Part shown: positions 57,197 to 64,000 of the stretch, in pieces
How positions within the stretch are numbered: the stretch's first letter is position 1
How the letters are laid out: every line of letters starts with the position of its first letter
NCBI GenBank assembly: GCA_020631855.1
Contig: JACKGU010000001.1
Location: 167,601 to 231,600, forward strand
Length of the DNA stretch: 64,000 nt
Direction of reading: 5' to 3'
Source of the DNA: Candidatus Nomurabacteria bacterium
GTDB taxonomy: Bacteria; Patescibacteriota; WWE3; UBA101185; UBA10185
Program-made: the position numbers and the translations under genes
Notes under the pieces: model-generated
What the model saw: only the letters and a program-made list of their open reading frames with translations
Database searches by the model: none
Told to the model about the DNA's origin: nothing

Positions 57197-57733
57197 ATGT
57201 CGGGGCATTCAAAATGGTCAAATATTAAAAGAAAAAAGGAAATTACCGACGCAAAGAAGAGCAAAGTTTTTTCCAAAATGAGTCGATTAATAACTGTTGC
57301 TGCAAGAGACGGGGGCGCAGACCCTGATATGAACCCTACTTTGCGATTAGCAGTAGATAGGGCCAAGCAAGCGAATATGCCGAGTGAAAATATAGATAAA
57401 GCTATTAAGAAAGGCTCAGGGGCTTTAGAAGGTGCTAAATTTGAACGAGTAGTGTATGAGGGTTACGGACCCTATGGTGTGGCTTTCATGATAACGACCT
57501 TGACCGATAATAGAAACAGAACAGTGTCGGAAATTAAAAACATTTTCAGTAAAGCTGGAGGTTCTCTTGGGACCCCGGGTAGTACATCGTATATTTTTGA
57601 TTCTTTAACCTTCGAACCCTCATTCAGAATTGCACTAGAGTCTGAAGAGCAGTTAAAAAAAATAGAAAATTTGGAAGAAGCACTTGAAGATCAAGATGAT
57701 GTGCAAGAAATTTACTCGAACTACGAATTATGA
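57197..57733 (+). CDS. yebC: YebC/PmpR-family protein (short form, 178 aa).
   Basis: MSGHSKWSNIKRKK...KMSRLITVAARDGGADPDMNPTLRLAVDRAK...DVQEIYSNYE. It is about 65 aa shorter than the canonical protein. Confidence 0.8.
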   Translation: MSGHSKWSNIKRKKEITDAKKSKVFSKMSRLITVAARDGGADPDMNPTLRLAVDRAKQANMPSENIDKAIKKGSGALEGAKFERVVYEGYGPYGVAFMITTLTDNRNRTVSEIKNIFSKAGGSLGTPGSTSYIFDSLTFEPSFRIALESEEQLKKIENLEEALEDQDDVQEIYSNYEL

Positions 57734-58236
57734 TAATTATAGGAATAGATCCAGGAACGGCTAAAACCGGGTATGCAGTAATGGAATACCCTAAAAACTA
57801 CAATAAGAGCTCGAAAAGATCGGGCAATTTAATTGAATGCGCGTGTATTGATACTCCTTCGGAGGCAACGATGCACGATAGATTAAGTCAGTTATACGAT
57901 GAGTTGAAAAATATATCTTCTAGGACAAAACCAAAAATGATGGTTATTGAAAAGCTCTTTTTTAACACAAATATTAAAACAGCAATGACGGTAGGGCAGG
58001 CAAGAGGGGTATCTCTTTTGGTAGCTTCACAGCATGCCATGGAGGTTGTTGAGTATACAGCCCTGCAAGCCAAGCAGACCCTTACGGGATATGGACGTGC
58101 CTCAAAGAAGGAGATGCAAGAAGCGGTTCGAGAGTACATGCGGCTTGAAAAAGTCATTAAACCCGACGATGCCAATGACGCCTTAGCAATGATTTTGTGT
58201 CACGTAGAGAAAACACGCATTCCCGAACAAAATTAA
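57730..58236 (+). CDS. ruvC: Holliday-junction resolvase RuvC.
   Basis: IIGIDPGTAKTGYAV...MVIEKLFF and the acidic catalytic residues. The ATGA start/stop overlaps yebC. Confidence 0.85.
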   Translation: MIIIGIDPGTAKTGYAVMEYPKNYNKSSKRSGNLIECACIDTPSEATMHDRLSQLYDELKNISSRTKPKMMVIEKLFFNTNIKTAMTVGQARGVSLLVASQHAMEVVEYTALQAKQTLTGYGRASKKEMQEAVREYMRLEKVIKPDDANDALAMILCHVEKTRIPEQN

Positions 58237-58250
58237 GTATAATAATAGTT

Positions 58251-59147
58251 ATGGATCCCTTAACTCATTTAAAGAACGAAGTATCAAGACTCTTTATTGA
58301 AAGAAGGAAGAGTTTAGGCTATAAGGGAGCCCTTCTACAGTTTTTTAATGATCTTATAAACAAGAGGTCCATTTATATCGTGGCCTCTATATTAACTCCC
58401 GTAACATTATTTTTTGCTTCGCGGTACGCAACAACTGTAAGTTCGCTGATAATTATCTCCTTCGCACTTACGGCAACGATACTGGTAGCGATTGTGGCAC
58501 TCGCCTTGCTCAGCAGGGTGAGGGGATTCGCTTTCATATACTTTTTGATACCGGTTTCCTATTTGGTATTAGGGGTTCTATTCTCTTTATATTTTTTCCC
58601 TAATTTAGGATATTTAATAAAAATGGCATCTTTTATTGGTCTTGGTTTTGTTGTCTATGCTCTTTCTCTTGTCAATAATATTTTTGTTGTGGTCGAAGAA
58701 AAGCAGTCTGTTATTCCGCTATACAGCGCCGGACTGGCTTGGGTTCAAATTATTCTCATTTTAATCGCTATACCTTTTTATTCGGGAATATATAAAGTAC
58801 CCGCAAATTTTGTTGTACAGAACATTTTGTTATTTTTTTCAACCTTTTCTTTTTATATATACATGCATTGGGCGGTTAATTTAGATAAGGACCTAATTAA
58901 AACCCCACTTAAAGAGAAGGGAAGTTTAGCTTTTGTATTATCGTTGCTTCCGGTCGTTTTAAATACCGGCCTGCTATTTTACCCGGTAGAAGCTTTTCTA
59001 AAGGGTATTTTTAGCTCCACAGTGTTGTTGTCCGGCTTAATTTATATTCAAGCACACTATAAAAATAGAATAAATTCTAAACTTTTGTATAATTATTTTG
59101 TCTTAGGTAGCATTTTTTATATAATTCTTTTTATATTTAAACCTTGA
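58251..59147 (+). CDS. Hypothetical polytopic membrane protein.
   Basis: It has about eight hydrophobic helices and no motif. It sits where ruvA would be expected. Confidence 0.45.
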   Translation: MDPLTHLKNEVSRLFIERRKSLGYKGALLQFFNDLINKRSIYIVASILTPVTLFFASRYATTVSSLIIISFALTATILVAIVALALLSRVRGFAFIYFLIPVSYLVLGVLFSLYFFPNLGYLIKMASFIGLGFVVYALSLVNNIFVVVEEKQSVIPLYSAGLAWVQIILILIAIPFYSGIYKVPANFVVQNILLFFSTFSFYIYMHWAVNLDKDLIKTPLKEKGSLAFVLSLLPVVLNTGLLFYPVEAFLKGIFSSTVLLSGLIYIQAHYKNRINSKLLYNYFVLGSIFYIILFIFKP

Positions 59148-59427
59148 TTATCCTTTTAATACGGCCTTTAGATCAGGGAACAGGGAACTATATTCTAATG
59201 TAGATTGCACATTTGTCATAAACCCGATCACTATAGGGTAGCATCTGCTAACATTTTTCAAAAACCCCAAATAACTATAGGGTTATATATTTTAATAAAA
59301 AACACAAAATAATGAAGAAAGTTTTATATAAAAGTTGTTTTTAGCTTGTTGTTGAGCTTTAAAATGTATTTTACAGTTGAAAATAGTAAAAGATCTTTAC
59401 CCCAAAGAGAAGAGGGAGGGGGACGAT

Positions 59428-59502
59428 TGTCATACTTACCCTATAGTATGTTTGTCATACTTTTCTTTTTGTACGTTTGTCATACTTTTTTAAAGCGGTG
59501 CA
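59428..59502 (+). repeat. Three direct repeats (iteron-like) of TTGTCATACTT at exact 25-bp spacing.
   Basis: The copies start at 59428, 59453 and 59478. They lie within a 1.15 kb AT-rich gene-free region. Confidence 0.6.
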
Positions 59503-60308
59503 ATTATTGTATTGTGGATAATTCGGGTGGTCGTTTGTAGTTTTTGTTTGAGGGCCTGTTTTAAAAAATATAAATGAATAATAAATAGATCTATTTATAT
59601 ATAAAATGGTCAATTATTGTTTTCAATATTACTTTTAGATCTTTACACTCCCCATTTATCGTTTGTCTGGGTGCGTTAATAGTGCTTTTTACTTAAACAA
59701 GGTTTAACTAGATACCCTACGTCGTTAAACATACATTATACGACGTTACTCAAAGGTCTCAACTTGTGCCCTTTCTTAGCTTTTTAACGGTGTTATTTCT
59801 ACTAAATTCATTTTTAAATTTTTGCATTAATAAATACCATCGTAACTTTCCTATTACAATTTCCTTTTTAATTTTTATATTTTATTTTAAATTACGTTAT
59901 ACTTATTTATATTATTTTCCCCGCTTTTTTGCCGCCTTTGTTTTATCTACCCCCTCTTCCTAGTTTGCTTGCTGTTTTCTTACTTTTCGCGTAAAAGTAT
60001 ATCTTTATTTCTGCAACGGGAAGACCCCGTGCTTATCTCGTGGATGAAAGCGCGAGCTTTCAACCGCAAAAAAGAAGAGTCCGGAGACTTTAGTTCGCGG
60101 AGTCTTTATTCTTGGCTTTGTTAAGGCCTAAAATGGCTGTTTGGGCCTATTTTGACTTCTAAGGCATTTTTCCAAAAAAGTTGAGTTGCATATCTTTGAA
60201 TCTGGCTTCCTTGAGGATTCGGGCCAGGGAGATGGTGCTCATTGCAATATTGTTCGCTCTTAGTTAAGTATATTTCTGCTAATGTCGTTAAAGTGTTAAA
60301 ATTAGATA

Positions 60309-61328
60309 ATGAATAATTTCAAACATTATGTGTCGAACTATTTAGAGTACTGTGAAATAGAAAAAAATCTTTCTCAGAACACTATTAAAATGTACGACTT
60401 TTATTTAAATGATTATTTAACATGGGCCCAAGGATATTTAGGTAAGGATGAAATTCATATAGAAGACATTACATACGAAGTTGTAAAGAAATACAGGCTT
60501 TTTTTAAATAGAAGAAAAAGCACGAAATCGCATGAAGAATTCAAGAAATCGACCCAAAAGACTTTTTTGGTTGCTCTAAGGTCCTTCCTTAAGTATTTAA
60601 TAGTTGAGGAAAATTTGGCTGTTTTGTCGCCGGATCAAATAATTTTAGGTAAGCCGGAACCCTCGATTCCTAAAGTTTTGGATGAGACTCAGTTAGTGAG
60701 GTTGCTGGACGTGCAAAATCTAAGTAAGAAGTCGGGAATTAGAGACAGGGCTATACTTGAGACTCTTTTTAGCACAGGTTTGCGGGTGGGTGAGCTTGTG
60801 GCGTTGAACAGAGACGAAGTTAACACGGATTCAGGAGAATTTACGGTCATTGGTAAAGGCAAGAAGGTTCGAACAGTTTATCTAAGCGAGAATGCTAAAG
60901 TTTGGATACGTCGTTATTTAGATACGCGACGCGATGACTACGCTCCCCTTTTTTTGCGTTATTCCGGAAAAAAAATGGAACCGTCCGATATTGAAGGCGA
61001 ATCTTTAAGATTAACTGCCAGAAGTGTACAGCGTTTAGTTAAAAAATATGTTTTACGTTCGGGCTTAGCAGTTGATGCAACCCCTCATACTTTGAGGCAC
61101 ACTTTTGCCACCGGCCTATTGCAGGAAGGCGCCGACCTTAGAAGTGTTCAGGAGTTACTTGGTCATAGTAATGTTTCTACAACTCAAATCTATACCCATG
61201 TAACAAATCGCCAGCTTAAAGAAGCGCATAAAAAGTACCATAAAGATATTACAACAACTGCAGATTCTAAAAATGATTATGTTGAAAATGATCCTCGTCG
61301 AATAAAATCGGAAGAAGAGATAGAGTAA
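60309..61328 (+). CDS. Tyrosine recombinase (XerC/XerD-like integrase).
   Basis: It has an N-terminal SAM-like domain and a catalytic C-terminus: LRVGELVAL (the R), HTLRHTFATGLL (HxxR), and LLGHSNVSTTQIYTHV (H and Y). Confidence 0.85.
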   Translation: MNNFKHYVSNYLEYCEIEKNLSQNTIKMYDFYLNDYLTWAQGYLGKDEIHIEDITYEVVKKYRLFLNRRKSTKSHEEFKKSTQKTFLVALRSFLKYLIVEENLAVLSPDQIILGKPEPSIPKVLDETQLVRLLDVQNLSKKSGIRDRAILETLFSTGLRVGELVALNRDEVNTDSGEFTVIGKGKKVRTVYLSENAKVWIRRYLDTRRDDYAPLFLRYSGKKMEPSDIEGESLRLTARSVQRLVKKYVLRSGLAVDATPHTLRHTFATGLLQEGADLRSVQELLGHSNVSTTQIYTHVTNRQLKEAHKKYHKDITTTADSKNDYVENDPRRIKSEEEIE

Positions 61329-61365
61329 ATATTGTACCCACGATATTTAGTCTTTTGGCACATTT

Positions 61366-63024
61366 CTATGCTTGAGTAGAGTGTTCGACAAGCAAATCAT
61401 CCAAGGCTGCTTTTTCTTGATTTTCGAGTTTGTCGGCATTTATCAAGATGCTGCGCTCGCGTCGGCTAGATTTTTCATTGGCGTTCATATAGTCAAATTT
61501 GCTTTCAGTCGTATCTACAAGTATAAATTTAGCTGAGTCTATTAAGAAGTTTGAGAAAGAATACTCAGCATTTATTTGGGTGCTTATTCCTAGTCCTGAT
61601 CTTGTTTCTTTAACGCTTTTATCTTCAAGTCTTTTGCGAGTAAGTATTTTTAAGCCATCGGTGTCGGAGATTTCTACCACCCTAGACTCTTTTTTTAATG
61701 TTGAATCATCTCTAGTCATGTCATGATCTTTTAGCGAATCTGTATTTTGATTTTGGTCTTGGGGTGCAGCTCCATAATTGCTGTTTCCATTAGGATAGGC
61801 CCCGTAGCCGTAGTTGTTATAGGGATCGTTGGCATTTAGTCCATAATTTCCTTGCGAATTTAAGCCATTATTAGTTCCATACGAAGGGTAGTTATTGTTG
61901 AAGTCGTCGTAGAGGTAAGGGTCGTCAAAACCATTATTAAAGCCCTGGTTTGAAGTTGCAAAAGGATCTCCGTTGTTTGCCGGTTGTTGTAACGGTTGTA
62001 TGCCCTGTTTCTGAGATACGTTTGTTGTTGTTTTTGTTCCAAAGGTTACTACTTGGTTAAGTTTGCAAGTTTCAACGGATACCATTTTTTTATTTTTGAT
62101 GATGTGTATATTTACTATGTCAAATACATTTTGCAGGTTTCCCATTGAAGATAGAAGTTCTTCCTTGTCGTAGTAATTATTTGGCGAGGCCACAACTTTT
62201 GCAACAAAAACGTTAAAGGCTTGTATAGCTACAGGGTGCATTGAGCTGAATATTAAGTTGGTGTCGGTCGGAAAGCTTACGATGTTTGCAGCCTGTTTGG
62301 CATGTAAATCTGGTTCGTAAAGCTCTTCTCTTACGAGAATGTCCCAATACTCATAAGCTACTTTATTTGTTTCACGGTGTGCAACTGTGGTTTGAATAAC
62401 AACAAAGTCCGGCTCACCTTCAATTGCCACCGGTCTGTATTCGCAGAACTTTGGATTAAGTTTGTAGCGCTCGTCTAGCTTCCTGTTTCTGGGAATATCG
62501 AACGGGTGTAATGAGCCTTCGTACATAGAAGTTCCTTTTCTATAGTTCTTCGGAGTTAGTTTGTGCAGTTTTTTATCTCCGTGAACATAAAATATACCTT
62601 GTTGAACTCTATGCTTACTCCCAACCCCCTCCACAAGATCCGTATAGAACATTTTGTTTGTTTTAGTACTTCCGGTAGTAGGATCTGTAGTGCGGCCCCG
62701 CTCCTGTATATGTGGCATTACATCTATTGAAACCTTGATTCTGGATGAAAAAGCGAACATGAGGATTCTCTTTAATATTTCAGCTGTATTCTTTCCTCTA
62801 GAGAAAAAGTCATACTCTGTTTCGAAGTCACATGGTACGCAGTTGTAATTTTCAGTTAATAACGGAGATAACTCTGCTTCAATTTCAGAAAGAGATTCGT
62901 CCCCGGTTGCTAAAGGATTCTCCAAGGTAAACTTGAAGTTCCCACGTCTGTTTTCAGAATATCCGAACTCTGATCCTGATTGTCCGTAACCTTTATTTCC
63001 AAAGCTATTAAAAGAATTAAACAT
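61366..63024 (-). CDS. Hypothetical protein with a central N/Y/G-rich low-complexity region.
   Basis: The start was chosen at MFNSF... because of a GAGGT RBS. Residues ~355–440 are QPANNGDPF...NNYGYGAYPNGNSNYGAAPQDQNQN. The flanking domains have no recognisable motif. Confidence 0.5.
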   Translation of the reverse strand: MFNSFNSFGNKGYGQSGSEFGYSENRRGNFKFTLENPLATGDESLSEIEAELSPLLTENYNCVPCDFETEYDFFSRGKNTAEILKRILMFAFSSRIKVSIDVMPHIQERGRTTDPTTGSTKTNKMFYTDLVEGVGSKHRVQQGIFYVHGDKKLHKLTPKNYRKGTSMYEGSLHPFDIPRNRKLDERYKLNPKFCEYRPVAIEGEPDFVVIQTTVAHRETNKVAYEYWDILVREELYEPDLHAKQAANIVSFPTDTNLIFSSMHPVAIQAFNVFVAKVVASPNNYYDKEELLSSMGNLQNVFDIVNIHIIKNKKMVSVETCKLNQVVTFGTKTTTNVSQKQGIQPLQQPANNGDPFATSNQGFNNGFDDPYLYDDFNNNYPSYGTNNGLNSQGNYGLNANDPYNNYGYGAYPNGNSNYGAAPQDQNQNTDSLKDHDMTRDDSTLKKESRVVEISDTDGLKILTRKRLEDKSVKETRSGLGISTQINAEYSFSNFLIDSAKFILVDTTESKFDYMNANEKSSRRERSILINADKLENQEKAALDDLLVEHSTQA

Positions 63025-63113
63025 ATATTGACCTCGTTTTTTAAGATAAGCGGATTTTACCACAAATTACTATAAGGTGCAATTTATCTATCAACTTGAC
63101 TTTGAAGGCCGCT

Positions 63114-63848
63114 TTAGCCTTCTATAAAGGACTTTAATGGCTCAAAGGTTGCGCGGTGATGCTCGCATGGACCTAAGAGTCTAATTTGTTCTATATGCAG
63201 TTTAGTGCCGTAACCTTTGTTTTTGTCAAAGCCGTATAGGGGAAATTCATCGTGTATCTTAAGCATCAAGCCATCCCTATAGGTCTTGGCTAGAATTGAT
63301 GCTGCCCCGATCGTAAGGCTTAGTTGGTCCCCTCTCGTAACATTTGTCTGCTTGCTCGAATTGAAAGCGTTTATCTTGTATTGGTCTGTTAATACATGTT
63401 CAACATCTATATTTAGATTTTTTAATGCACTGAAGAACCCGGCTTGTGTTGCTTTTGCCAGTCCTATGTTGTCTAGTGTGTGGTTGTCTATCTCGAAAAT
63501 GCTGTATTTAAGAGCACTTTGCTTAATAAAAACAGCACTTTCCTCCCTTTTTTTAGCAGATAACTTCTTGGAATCGTTGATTTGCGCTGTTTGTTCCAGG
63601 AATAGTGTAACGTCGTTATTTATGTTTTCGTCGGTTTTGTGAGCCAGATCCTGGATTTTATTGATGCTGTTGAATATTTGTTGTAAATCTAGCGCAACTG
63701 CAGAAAAAACCATCGGTCCTGCTAAAGGTCCCCGCCCGACTTCGTCTATTCCTACGATATGACGCAAACCCTTGTTATACAGCTCTTTTTCATAAACAAG
63801 CCTTTTTTTGAGAGATTCGATGGTTGTAAATATTTTTTTATGCGTCAT
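63114..63848 (-). CDS. rnhB: Ribonuclease HII.
   Basis: IVGIDEVGRGPLAGPMV carries the DEDD catalytic residues. Confidence 0.9.
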   Translation of the reverse strand: MTHKKIFTTIESLKKRLVYEKELYNKGLRHIVGIDEVGRGPLAGPMVFSAVALDLQQIFNSINKIQDLAHKTDENINNDVTLFLEQTAQINDSKKLSAKKREESAVFIKQSALKYSIFEIDNHTLDNIGLAKATQAGFFSALKNLNIDVEHVLTDQYKINAFNSSKQTNVTRGDQLSLTIGAASILAKTYRDGLMLKIHDEFPLYGFDKNKGYGTKLHIEQIRLLGPCEHHRATFEPLKSFIEG

Positions 63849-64000
63849 TTATAATTTATTTATTGAGATAATCCTGCGAACTCAATTTTTAGATAAAAGC
63901 TTAGGTACAGGCATCAAAGAAGGTCCCTTGAATTTGACTAGTCGTGCCTTATTAATGTTGTTATTTGAAGATGAAAAGAGGGCTATTCTTCCTCATTTTC

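Noticed and set aside
59346-59540. 64-aa ORF spanning the iteron repeats.
   Set aside because: Its frame is created by the AT-rich repeats themselves. It has no RBS and no conservation signal. It is more likely non-coding.
1-64000. CRISPR arrays, rRNA genes, transposase or IS elements.
   Set aside because: No regularly spaced short direct repeats with spacers were seen. There are no rRNA-like conserved stretches and no DDE or HTH transposase ORFs. The only recombinase is the Xer-like tyrosine recombinase.

Overview
This 64 kb window is from a low-GC chromosome with compact, often overlapping genes. About 75% of it is conserved housekeeping content. That includes pyrD (3' end), fmt-def, topA, glyA, rpsB-tsf-frr-rseP, rpsU, ybeY, pth, dnaX, recR, cysS, hisS, ychF, rpsF-ssb-rpsR, ctpA, htrA, prfA, rpmE, dnaB, efp, lspA, ruvC, a Xer-type recombinase and rnhB. 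There are five tRNAs: Trp, Thr-GGT, Tyr, Thr-TGT and Leu-CAA. Gram-positive-type envelope features (an LPXTG-anchored 1076-aa surface protein, an LCP-family protein, a YteA-like DksA/TraR zinc finger), truncated core proteins (EF-Ts 151 aa, LspA 110 aa, YebC 178 aa) and K/E-rich tails on S2/L28/L31 point to a reduced, possibly CPR/Saccharibacteria-like organism; this is inference only. The non-housekeeping content is: (1) a ~123-nt intergenic element present four times, with a compensatory base change in its terminal hairpin, which I treat as a candidate structured sRNA or repeat family; (2) a tRNA- and repeat-bounded island carrying a split ABC-exporter-like gene pair with a degenerate, insertion-bearing ATPase; (3) an operon for a NOX/ferric-reductase-like di-haem flavocytochrome plus an extracytoplasmic cytochrome-b5-like protein; (4) two compositionally foreign (GC-rich) ORFs, one of them an HExxH protein with an internal twin-arginine-like motif; (5) a membrane-anchored HerA/VirB4-like P-loop ATPase with an uncharacterised partner downstream of the LCP gene; (6) an Lgt-like membrane protein apparently fused to a DksA/TraR zinc finger, next to a short LspA and two orphan receiver-domain proteins; (7) a 1.15 kb AT-rich non-coding stretch with three 25-bp-periodic iterons upstream of the recombinase gene and an N/Y/G-rich hypothetical protein. 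No rRNA genes or CRISPR arrays were seen.
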